Shown here: in pieces, positions 39,031 to 47,640 of the stretch | Layout: each line of letters begins with the position of its first letter | How positions within the stretch are numbered: the stretch's first letter is position 1 | Source: a virus | Lineage: Duplodnaviria > Caudoviricetes | Direction: 5' to 3' (one strand) | Length of the DNA stretch: 64,000 nucleotides | IMG/VR virus record: IMGVR_UViG_3300011989_000257 | Coordinates: 256,001-320,000 of that record | The notes under the pieces: model-generated | The model's input: the letters and a program-made list of their open reading frames with translations, nothing else | Told to the model about the DNA's origin: nothing | Databases searched by the model: none | Made by a program: the position numbers and the translations under genes

Positions 39031-39213
39031 TTATCTAACCTCTATTCTATCTCCACATTGCGGACATGTGATAAACTTTCCCATATACGTTTCACCAGCG
39101 TATGACTGTACACCGTATGAGCATTCCTTCTCCTCAATGTCAGTATCATCATACTTCAGCATTGAGCCACAGCGATAACACTTAACTACATTTCCTTTAA
39201 TCTTCCTTACCAT
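39031..39213 (-). CDS. small zinc-ribbon protein (start revised to MVRK)
   Basis: CYRC...CPQC. Confidence 0.65.
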   Translation of the reverse strand: MVRKIKGNVVKCYRCGSMLKYDDTDIEEKECSYGVQSYAGETYMGKFITCPQCGDRIEVR

Positions 39214-39236
39214 AACACTATATATTTTGTATTTTG

Positions 39237-39310
39237 GGGGCAGTGAGGGATTCAAACCCACGTAAACAAGTGCCACAAACTTGCGCCTAAGTCTCTCGGC
39301 CAACTGTCCC
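39237..39310 (-). tRNA. tRNA-His(GTG)
   Basis: CAAGT-TTGTGGC-ACTTG; G-1:C73. Confidence 0.85.
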
Positions 39311-39498
39311 ATATTTGAACAGTAGTATATACCATTACGAGCAGATACCATTTACAGTTACTTTCAAGTTGAAACCCATCTACTTTTATGCGCACTTATT
39401 ATGTAGTCAACTTCTTCCTTTACTTGTCTGTTCTTCTGAGTGGATTGAATTTTATTCCCTACTTGGGGAAAAACCGTGCCACCATCTAAAAAAGGGTG

Positions 39499-39581
39499 TG
39501 GACTGTATCGGACTCGAACCGATGTTTCGCAGTTTGCTACGCCTTATACCGCATTTGCTCACCTGGTTGCATCAACAGCCC
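39499..39581 (-). ncRNA. tRNA-Ala-acceptor mimic without canonical anticodon arm
   Basis: GGGCTGT/ACAGTCC-A with G3:U70, perfect T arm. Confidence 0.6.
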
Positions 39582-39588
39582 ATAAACA

Positions 39589-39706
39589 GGAATCTTTTTT
39601 AACTTTCGGTAGTGTTGGGCTTGAACCAACGACCTCTTGGTAAAATCCAAGGCTCTAACCAACTGAGCTAACTGTCGTGCGTTATTACCTATTGCTGTAA
39701 GATTCC
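39589..39706 (-). ncRNA. CAGCAA-stem RNA 11 (cargo: unpermuted tRNA body, 6-nt anticodon loop)
   Basis: D arm, CTTGG-ATTTTA-CCAAG, T arm inside GGAATCTT/AAGATTCC. Confidence 0.8.
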
Positions 39707-39710
39707 TTTG

Positions 39711-39791
39711 TCTGGAGGGTTGGATTCAAACCAACGAACTCTGCTATCTCATCACGGCTAGTTTGCAGAACTATGCTGCCGATTCCTCCAG
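39711..39791 (-). ncRNA. tRNA-like RNA with ~20 nt anticodon loop
   Basis: CTGGAGG/CCTCCAG acceptor, TCTGC/GCAGA stem, T arm. Confidence 0.55.
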
Positions 39792-39952
39792 ATTTGTAAA
39801 AACCATTCTACACCCAACACTTCCAGTTGGTTCCTACATCTACGTCTCTCTCCATTATGACCCATAGATTACACGATTCCGTCTCTAACGTCTCATAGGA
39901 TTATAAAGCAGGTCATCTGTCCTATGCCTTTTAGAACCTCGAATGATTTTTG

Positions 39953-40025
39953 TCAGGGAACTTGGACTCGAACCAAGAACAGCTGGTCTCCAAAGCCAGT
40001 CGTCTACCTATTGACGTACACCCTG
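39953..40025 (-). tRNA. tRNA-Pro(TGG)
   Basis: Cloverleaf, TTTGGAG loop, C1:G72. Confidence 0.7.
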
Positions 40026-40154
40026 AGTTAAAATGCCAACACTCTAGAATTCTTGCATTATATCCTCTATAGTCTTATGCTGCTCTTATTGTAATTCCAT
40101 TTATGGATACGATTCAATAATTAGAGGTTGCCTAAAGACTTGTGTTAACATTTG

Positions 40155-40240
40155 TCGGAGGAGAGGGACTCGAACCCCCAGTGTTTCTGATGTGCTGGTT
40201 TTACAGACCAGTGCTAGTCCACCATCCTAGCTGCCCTCCG
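40155..40240 (-). tRNA. tRNA-Tyr(GTA) with C1:G72
   Basis: CTGGT-CTGTAAA-ACCAG, long variable region, acceptor CGGAGGG/TCCTCCG-A. Confidence 0.85.
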
Positions 40241-40277
40241 ATTAAGCATAGGTTTCTCAACCACAATCCTTTCCTTG

Positions 40278-40634
40278 TTACTTAAATTTATATTCTATAA
40301 CATAGACATTTTTATTACCTCTGCGGTATTGTTCAATCTTTACATCATTATACATTTCTTTATGTCTTTCAGTAAAACCGCTTCTGATGAACTCAAAAAA
40401 TTTTTTCTCTTTTTCGTTGTCTGTTACGATGTATATGTCCTTAAATATATTTGTTTCTGGAACTCTACATGTCATACTTCTAACCCCTCTGAACTTGTTA
40501 TTGGTTGCCCAACCACCTTGTTCAATAAGGCCAATCGTAAACTCTTCCCAAATGGGAATATCAACTTTTAAAAATAAATTTTGTCCAAATACATCTTTTT
40601 CATTTAAATACTCTTTTGTAATTGCTTCTCTCAT
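40278..40634 (-). CDS. hypothetical protein
   Basis: ORF. Confidence 0.65.
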   Translation of the reverse strand: MREAITKEYLNEKDVFGQNLFLKVDIPIWEEFTIGLIEQGGWATNNKFRGVRSMTCRVPETNIFKDIYIVTDNEKEKKFFEFIRSGFTERHKEMYNDVKIEQYRRGNKNVYVIEYKFK

Positions 40635-40781
40635 TTGCTTCTTTATTTAGAACTACTAATGTAACTATTAATATCTTCTAATTCACCTTCAAGTTTAGCA
40701 AGCTTTTCTTTATGCCAATTAATCTTGTTTACTATAGTATTTTTTCTGTCGTTTAATATTTTTAAGTCACTATTATTCATT

Positions 40782-41219
40782 CTATTTAAATTTTCCTAGC
40801 CTTATAGCCTCAACAAGATAGTTATATACCGTTTCCCAATCTGTCTCGGCATCGAATCCGAACTTATCGTCTATTCCTACATTAAAATACGTCTTTTCAT
40901 CAAAGCAAGACAATTCGTTATTCTTTGTCTCGCTATTGCTGTTAACCATATCGAAGCTAATGCCATTAGCTTTAAAATATTCCAGATATTCATTTATCGA
41001 TTCCTTATGACTAGATGTCCAGAGTATGAGACTGATGTTCCTAGCATAACTCATTATCTGAAGTGCCTCCTTTGAGAATGGATACCACTTATGGTTTTCC
41101 TTCTCGTGGTAGCAAGCTTCAAATATCGTATCGTGGATGTCCACAAGCACATATATATGCTCCCAATTACGGTCTTTCATACGCTTGAAAGCGTTGTCGA
41201 AACTTTTCTCTATACTCAT
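40782..41219 (-). CDS. HAD-like phage protein
   Basis: LVDIHDTI, LWTSS, GIDDK motifs. Confidence 0.7.
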   Translation of the reverse strand: MSIEKSFDNAFKRMKDRNWEHIYVLVDIHDTIFEACYHEKENHKWYPFSKEALQIMSYARNISLILWTSSHKESINEYLEYFKANGISFDMVNSNSETKNNELSCFDEKTYFNVGIDDKFGFDAETDWETVYNYLVEAIRLGKFK

Positions 41220-41235
41220 AACATTATATTATTTG

Positions 41236-41306
41236 CCACACTAAAATGGACTCGAACCACCTACTTCAGAACGCCGTTCTGCGTGCTACCGTTACACCAT
41301 AGGTGA
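41236..41306 (-). ncRNA. tRNA-Gln-like body with 3-nt anticodon loop
   Basis: D arm GGTGTAACGGTAGCAC, CAGAAC-GGC-GTTCTG, T loop. Confidence 0.5.
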
Positions 41307-41439
41307 ATTGACCTCAACTTAACCATAATCTCCACGAGTTAACATTGGAAACTCATAATGTGAAAATAAGCAAGAATCGAACACTGCTTTGTTGAATTTA
41401 CCACAATCTCGGTCAGCGAACGGAGTCGAACCGTATTCG

Positions 41440-41512
41440 TTGGGATTGAGGGAATCGAACCCCCACAAGCCAAGAGCCAGAATCTTGCGTACTACCTTTA
41501 TACTAAACCCCA
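41440..41512 (-). tRNA. tRNA-Gln(CTG)
   Basis: CAAGA-TTCTGGC-TCTTG. Confidence 0.85.
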
Positions 41513-41628
41513 AAGTAAGCTGAAACTCTAGCTAGTAACGTATCATGGCAGCATCCTTACCTATTCTCTCCACCTCGCAGTGACGTGGGGCAATTTAGCC
41601 AATCAACGTAGTTTCAGCTATGTTGTAA

Positions 41629-41706
41629 GGGAACAATAAAAATTCGTTTATCTAAAACCCAAATCTAGTAACTAATTTTATCAATAATTACTTGCTGTAT
41701 GTTCCC
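41629..41706 (-). ncRNA. CAGCAA-stem RNA 12 (cargo: Pro TGG anticodon stem-loop)
   Basis: GGGAACA-TACAGCAAG...CTAGA-TTTGGGT-TTTAG...TGTTCCC. Confidence 0.7.
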
Positions 41707-41876
41707 ACTATAAGCGTAGCAAGGTTACTAGATTTCACTCAAATGACTTTACACATTAAACGTATCTGCATGCACCGTACACATGGTAACCATACACATG
41801 GACTTAAAGAAACCTAATAGGCTCACACTGATTTAATTCTGTCCGTTTCTTGAGACTGTCCTAGCACTTCTTGCTT

Positions 41877-41950
41877 TGGTAGCGCATAGGGGAGTCGAAC
41901 CCCTCTTCTCACATCGAAAGTGTGGTGTCCTACCGATAGACGAATGCGCC
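41877..41950 (-). tRNA. tRNA-Glu(TTC), CCA encoded
   Basis: CACA-CTTTCGA-TGTG. Confidence 0.88.
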
Positions 41951-42101
41951 ATATAGTAAAAGGTCAGAGCACCATAGATAACTTCGTTTTCACAATTCGG
42001 ACTTACTTACCCTCATAAGAGGTACTATTTCTTCCAAGTAAATGTGCTGTACACACACATCTCTCATGCCTAGCTATCATCATCGAATGATTAACCTTTT
42101 G

Positions 42102-42174
42102 TATTGGGTACGAGGCTCGAACTCGTAGTCTTCACAGTGAGAGTGTGATGCCTTACCAATTTGGCCAACCCAAC
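42102..42174 (-). tRNA. tRNA-Glu(CTC)
   Basis: TCACA-CTCTCAC-TGTGA. Confidence 0.85.
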
Positions 42175-42353
42175 ATATGTAGTGTTTTAAAAGTGGAGGG
42201 TGGGCAGTTTGTACCTGCATTCTATGAGTAGTATAATCTACAAGTGTCCTAACATTTAGATGACCTACAACACACTTGAATTTATAATGCTACTATTTCA
42301 AGCACTGTTCGCATTGGCATTGAACCATCAGTGTGTTATCCCTCCAATTATGT

Positions 42354-42518
42354 TTATGCCCCCATATCACAATCTTCTGCTAGTCCGTTCTCAACCAAAT
42401 CAATATATGTCATATTGTCTAGTTCTTCGTCGGAATAGGAACTCAGCAGTTTGAGATACTTTTGGTGACGTTCTTTCTCTTTATTTTGCAATTCTTTTCT
42501 TTTTGAAATCCCTTCCAT
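42354..42518 (-). CDS. small hypothetical protein (start revised to MEGI)
   Basis: Downstream of promoter at 42540. Confidence 0.55.
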   Translation of the reverse strand: MEGISKRKELQNKEKERHQKYLKLLSSYSDEELDNMTYIDLVENGLAEDCDMGA

Positions 42519-42909
42519 AATATCATTTTTTAATTTCGATGCAAAGATATGAAAAAAAATTGAGATAACCAAATTTTTATCAAGCTTTTAACGTATTTAA
42601 ACAATTTAAGGGTGAACATTCCGTAGATTGTCCACCCAATTTCATTATTATACTTTGTTTAATAAAAAAGCTCAATTATAATAACAGAATGATACAAATC
42701 TACATTAGAATAGGTACATGCCTCCACGTCTTGGATAACCATATCCAAGTTCTCTAGGCTGCTCTTCTATATGTAGACTAAATGTAATCATATTATTAAA
42801 ATATTAAACTGTTTATTATAAATATATGTTATTTTCAAAAAATATCAAGTTTTATAGTGCAAAGATATAAAAAATATTTTTAATTTCCAAATTTTTTAGA
42901 GGAAAAATG

Positions 42910-43341
42910 TTATTCCGCATTATGTTTTGCCATCATTGCTTCAATCATTTCCTCTGTTAGTTCTTGATAGATATCAGTTCCCTTTGCAATACCATAGACT
43001 TCTTTTGTCCAACCAAAGACAGAGGTTCCAGTACTGCCAATCTTAAACCAAAGTTCATTTGTATGACTAGCATCTGAAATTTCCCATACTTGATGTACCA
43101 TAGGCCATGCAACACCATCTTCCCCTTTGAGTATGCAGAACACGCAATCGCCTCTTTTAACATCACGTGGGACACAAGGCATCACCTTACAATACTCCAT
43201 ATCGTTGATTAAAGGGGTTAGACTTTTACCCATTTCCCAATGATAGAATGATTCTCCATTTTTCAATGCTTGTTCCATTTCATAGGGGTCTTGTATTACT
43301 CTAAGTCCCTCTATAGTTTTTGGTTCATTTACAATTTTCAT
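42910..43341 (-). CDS. S24/S26-like domain protein
   Basis: GKSLTPL...GDCVFC...VYG, resembles 17252-17578. Confidence 0.55.
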   Translation of the reverse strand: MKIVNEPKTIEGLRVIQDPYEMEQALKNGESFYHWEMGKSLTPLINDMEYCKVMPCVPRDVKRGDCVFCILKGEDGVAWPMVHQVWEISDASHTNELWFKIGSTGTSVFGWTKEVYGIAKGTDIYQELTEEMIEAMMAKHNAE

Positions 43342-43346
43342 ATTTA

Positions 43347-44915
43347 CTAAAGTTTTAGAATATCAAAAATACTATTATTATTTTTATCTGTTACAGTAAA
43401 GCCATTGCCCATTAACTTGAACATTTTGTTTAAGTCATAGTTAAGCCCTTTAATTGAAGTGTCAAGAGCATCGAAATAAGCATCAAGCCCATCCATATAT
43501 AAGTTAAGTGAACTTATTCCGTTCTCTATTTTAATGTCTGGCATTTTAGGCAGTGATGGGGTTTTAATGTTATATTCCTTCATTTTGTTTATTGTTTCTT
43601 CCACCAAAGCCCTTTTTTCCCTAAGCCTTTTTTCCTCTTCTGCTATTCTTTTTTGCCTCTCTTTTTCTTCTCTTTCAATCCTCTCTTGCCTAGCTTTTTC
43701 TTTTCTAGCCTTTTCAGCCTCATATTCCTCAATGGTATATGCCCCCAATTCATCCCAAGCAATCTTGAAATGGTCATTTGGGTTAAATCCTTCAAGGAAA
43801 TGTCTTTCCACACCATTTTTACCATCTATGGAAAGTGGGTCGTTTATGTTTTTGGCAAACTTTATGAGCAAATATACTGTATCATCTTCTGAAATAAAAT
43901 TACCGTGATTATAATTCAAAATGCTAGGATATGCTATTTGAACATCTAGTCTTGTATTTGCTGGAATCATAAGTCCATTTTTCTTCTCTCCACTAGGCTT
44001 TTCATATACTATTGGTTCATCACTTACAATTCTGAGTGTTTTTACAAATTTTTCCTCTTTGATAAGTTTTCCACTAGGTGTTACAACATAACCATCAGTA
44101 TAATCCTTAAACCCACTTAATTTCAGTAATACATATCTGATAGTATTGTCAATATCACTAGTTGGAGTTGTACCTAAATTAGTTTTATCAAAGGGTATAT
44201 CATCCTTAACTCGTTTCCAATTAAGATGTTTTGGGAATAACTGCAAGCCATTCTCATATTCGATACCCATACATTCGCAATCATGTTTTGACAAAGTAAA
44301 TATTTTATCTTGGTATCCTCCTACTTGTTTAACAATTACAGAATTTATGTTAATGCCATCATATTCATCATGTATGCCAACGAGTTCGTATATCTTTTCA
44401 GGCATTTCAAACCCTTCACAAGAAACGCCACTCAACGCATATTTTTCGCCTTTTATAAATTTAGGCACATAGTTTGCATCCTCATTAACGACACCCATAT
44501 CAGTAAAATCCACTGCTTCAAATAATTCTTTTGGCTGAATGAATAGATTTTCGATATGTTCATTATTTGATGGCATGTTCATTTTCTTTTTGGTTTGCGA
44601 AAAATCAGCATCTACCATTTCAGAAATACCTTTTATTAGGCTGTCAGATAATTTCATAGAGTTCGTTTTTGTATTCCACATAGGGTCATGAATTAATTCG
44701 GATAATTTAACAGTTATCTCTCTATTATCTAATGCATTTTTCAAATGTATAGAATCACTTGTGACATATGCATCAGAAACAATCCAATCGTCACTTAGGA
44801 CGATTGGAACTTGTTCTATATTGTTAACATTATATACTTTAACCATATGCATTTTATATCCTTTTGGTACATTTGCAAATGGTCTACGTACTTTTGGTGG
44901 TGTTGGCTTACCCAT
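43347..44915 (-). CDS. hypothetical protein with charged coiled coil
   Basis: 522 aa ORF. Confidence 0.8.
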   Translation of the reverse strand: MGKPTPPKVRRPFANVPKGYKMHMVKVYNVNNIEQVPIVLSDDWIVSDAYVTSDSIHLKNALDNREITVKLSELIHDPMWNTKTNSMKLSDSLIKGISEMVDADFSQTKKKMNMPSNNEHIENLFIQPKELFEAVDFTDMGVVNEDANYVPKFIKGEKYALSGVSCEGFEMPEKIYELVGIHDEYDGININSVIVKQVGGYQDKIFTLSKHDCECMGIEYENGLQLFPKHLNWKRVKDDIPFDKTNLGTTPTSDIDNTIRYVLLKLSGFKDYTDGYVVTPSGKLIKEEKFVKTLRIVSDEPIVYEKPSGEKKNGLMIPANTRLDVQIAYPSILNYNHGNFISEDDTVYLLIKFAKNINDPLSIDGKNGVERHFLEGFNPNDHFKIAWDELGAYTIEEYEAEKARKEKARQERIEREEKERQKRIAEEEKRLREKRALVEETINKMKEYNIKTPSLPKMPDIKIENGISSLNLYMDGLDAYFDALDTSIKGLNYDLNKMFKLMGNGFTVTDKNNNSIFDILKL

Positions 44916-44917
44916 TA

Positions 44918-46207
44918 TTATTCAATTAACTTTTGGTCTCTCTTACCACGAAGTTCGCTTGAAATAACTTTCTGTGTAGATTCTGCAATGCCAATAGATT
45001 TCATATGCATTTCTTTATCTAGTTTTGCGATTTCAGCCTCAGCAGCAGCACGTTTCTCAGCGCCTTCCTTCTGAGCCTTCTGTACACCCTCCACAGTTGC
45101 TACAAGCTCTTGTGTTGTTTTACGAAGAGTTTCCACATCAAGAACCATACGCTGACTCTGCTTTGCAACCTCGATAGCTTGTACCTTCATCATTTCAGCA
45201 TTCTTACGGAACAACTCATTAGTGGTATCAGTAACCTTTGTACCAATCTCAATAGCTTGTTTCTGGTCATACAATGCAACAGCTAATGACAACTGATTCT
45301 TCCAAAGAGGAATTGTCATAGCAATCTGAGACTCAGTGTTATTAGCATGCATGATGTTTGTACGTTGAATAATACGAATCTGAGTCAATGACTGCTTGAA
45401 CGCATAACGAAGAGCGATAAGGTCAGTGAGTCGCTTATCAAGAGCATTCTTATACTCATCGATGTCACTAATCTGATACTCTTCATATTCTTCTGAGCGT
45501 GACTTCATATCATCGATAAGTGCTCCAAGCTCCTCTGACTTCATCTTGCCTGCTACAATAAGGTCTTCCAATTGGTCTACATAATCACAGTTATTCTCAA
45601 ACTGCTTCTGTAAGAGATTATTATCCCTAATGGCAATCTGACGTGTAGCCTCTAGTTTCTTAACAATACCATCAATATTCTTTTCAATGGTATCATACTT
45701 TGCCTTAATCTGTTCTACAGATACGATGAGTTTTCTCAACCCAGGAATTCTACGCAAGAATCTCTTGACCGCACTTGGGGCTTCAAGGTCGCTAACGTCA
45801 ACCTCATGCAACTCTCCCAAAAGATTTGAAATCAATTGAGCTGACTCAATACCAGCTTTAGAATCAAATGACTGCTTAAGGAAATCACTTGAGTAAGAAC
45901 TCATAGCCCTCTGAAGGTCAGAACCATAACTAGTTATGGTGGACATCTCCTTTTCATTGAGGACTGATGCTATTTCTTTGTAATAAGCCTTACGACTTGG
46001 TGATAGATTAGATGTGTTAATTTCACCCCTATCATCAACACGTTTTAAGGCAGTGCTACCATTTGTGAGTTCTGCTTCAGCCTCTTCAGAGACTTCATCA
46101 ATTGTACGTCTTGTACGAACTGGAGACTTACGAGTACCTTTTTTAGCTGTTGACTTCTTTACTTCTGTCACCTCAGCATCAACCACAGTTCTTGTCTTTT
46201 TTGCCAT
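44918..46207 (-). CDS. toxic anion resistance protein TelA/KlaA family
   Basis: Coiled-coil with QIRIIQ..N and TIPLWKNQL motifs. Confidence 0.85.
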   Translation of the reverse strand: MAKKTRTVVDAEVTEVKKSTAKKGTRKSPVRTRRTIDEVSEEAEAELTNGSTALKRVDDRGEINTSNLSPSRKAYYKEIASVLNEKEMSTITSYGSDLQRAMSSYSSDFLKQSFDSKAGIESAQLISNLLGELHEVDVSDLEAPSAVKRFLRRIPGLRKLIVSVEQIKAKYDTIEKNIDGIVKKLEATRQIAIRDNNLLQKQFENNCDYVDQLEDLIVAGKMKSEELGALIDDMKSRSEEYEEYQISDIDEYKNALDKRLTDLIALRYAFKQSLTQIRIIQRTNIMHANNTESQIAMTIPLWKNQLSLAVALYDQKQAIEIGTKVTDTTNELFRKNAEMMKVQAIEVAKQSQRMVLDVETLRKTTQELVATVEGVQKAQKEGAEKRAAAEAEIAKLDKEMHMKSIGIAESTQKVISSELRGKRDQKLIE

Positions 46208-46344
46208 TATTATTCTATTTTAAGTTATTAATATTTTGATTTTGTGCAAATATATAGTTTTTTTTTGTAATTTCAAAATTTATATTGTTAATAAAAATAA
46301 AAAATTCCACCCAAGTTATTTATTCTTAGGTGGAATCATTTTCT

Positions 46345-46776
46345 TTAGAATGGTAAATCATCCTCAGAACTTGATGCGGCTGTTGCAGCAACGGTTTCTG
46401 CCTCATTAGCCTTTTTCTTAAATGTTCCAGTATCTGCTACAGTTTCACTTGATTGTGTGTCTCCAGACTTACCTAGATTAACAAAATCCACTCTGTCTGC
46501 TATCACATCCCTAGAAACCATAGTTTCGCCATTCTTACTCTGATAAGTTCCAACAGTTTCTACACCAAGAACACTAACTGCGCTTCCTTTCTTCAAGAAT
46601 TCTAGCATCTTAGTGCCTTTCTCAGCGTAATACGAGACATTAATCCATGCTGTCCCTCTTTCACCGTTCTTGAACTCATCAGTTGCTATTCTCATGGAAA
46701 CAAACTGTTTCCCACCTTTGGAAGTCTTGAGTTCTGCATCAGCCCCAAGTCTTCCCATGAAATTGACGTTTATCAT
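46345..46776 (-). CDS. ssb: single-stranded DNA-binding protein
   Basis: GRLGADAEL OB-fold start, acidic tail EDDLPF. Confidence 0.92.
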   Translation of the reverse strand: MINVNFMGRLGADAELKTSKGGKQFVSMRIATDEFKNGERGTAWINVSYYAEKGTKMLEFLKKGSAVSVLGVETVGTYQSKNGETMVSRDVIADRVDFVNLGKSGDTQSSETVADTGTFKKKANEAETVAATAASSSEDDLPF

Positions 46777-46798
46777 TGTTATCTAAGTTTTTAGTTGT

Positions 46799-47053
46799 TT
46801 ATATAAAGATTATAATTTTTTCTCCTTTAACACTCCAACCTTGATTTTTCATTACTTCAAATTCATCTTGTGGCATTTCAGATTCTATTAATTCGTCAAT
46901 ATCCACCTCATAATAGTAATCCAATGTATCACCATCCATCTGTAATGAAACATTGGCAAATTTTGTTATATTCGCCAAAGCTGCTGCTGAAATGTGGTTT
47001 TTAATTTCTGAACTATTATCTTTCAGAAGTTCTATTAATTCACTCTTTGTCAT
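46799..47053 (-). CDS. hypothetical protein (start revised to MTKS)
   Basis: Downstream of promoter at 47072. Confidence 0.6.
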   Translation of the reverse strand: MTKSELIELLKDNSSEIKNHISAAALANITKFANVSLQMDGDTLDYYYEVDIDELIESEMPQDEFEVMKNQGWSVKGEKIIIFI

Positions 47054-47122
47054 GTTAATTAAGTTTAACGATGCAAAGATATAGTTAATTTTCGTAAATT
47101 CCAAATATTTATTAAAAAAAAT

Positions 47123-47617
47123 ATGAAACCAAGTAAGATTAATGTATTAAAAGCTAAGAAAGCACTATTTTTATTCTCAGGATTTAGAGCATTAACTTGG
47201 AAAGGAATTGCTTATTGCAAAGAAAAGTCTGATATCCAATTAATTAGCGCTCAAGATACTATAAACAGTAACTTCGAATCTCATGAAATGACTCATGTAA
47301 AACAAGCTGAAAGCACACACGACTCATGGTTCTGTTTTTATACCTTATATATATGGTATTGGATTCTCAATTTCCCATTATTTATACGTGGAAAGTTTAT
47401 GCCATATTATTTTATTCCATTTGAACTTGAAGCAATGGCACATGAAACAGATTGGAAATATCCAACCAATGGTGCTGTGTTTGAATGGAATAAATTTAAA
47501 AAATTAACACTAAAGGATAAACTTAGTTTAGCTAAAGACTATAATAAAAATTTTAAAAGAAATGGTTTTAAATGGTATGTAAGAAAGGTAATATACCCAA
47601 TGATAAATGAGGACTAG
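47123..47617 (+). CDS. HExxH-motif protein (zincin-like)
   Basis: HEMTHVKQ...PFELEA; one of two plus-strand genes. Confidence 0.7.
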   Translation: MKPSKINVLKAKKALFLFSGFRALTWKGIAYCKEKSDIQLISAQDTINSNFESHEMTHVKQAESTHDSWFCFYTLYIWYWILNFPLFIRGKFMPYYFIPFELEAMAHETDWKYPTNGAVFEWNKFKKLTLKDKLSLAKDYNKNFKRNGFKWYVRKVIYPMINED

Positions 47618-47640
47618 ACAATCTAGCCCTCATTCTTTAT

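Noticed and set aside
16672-41706. CAGCAA elements as a CRISPR array or as terminators
   Set aside because: Dispersed, variable length, no regular repeat-spacer period, no cas genes, no U-tract after a short hairpin.
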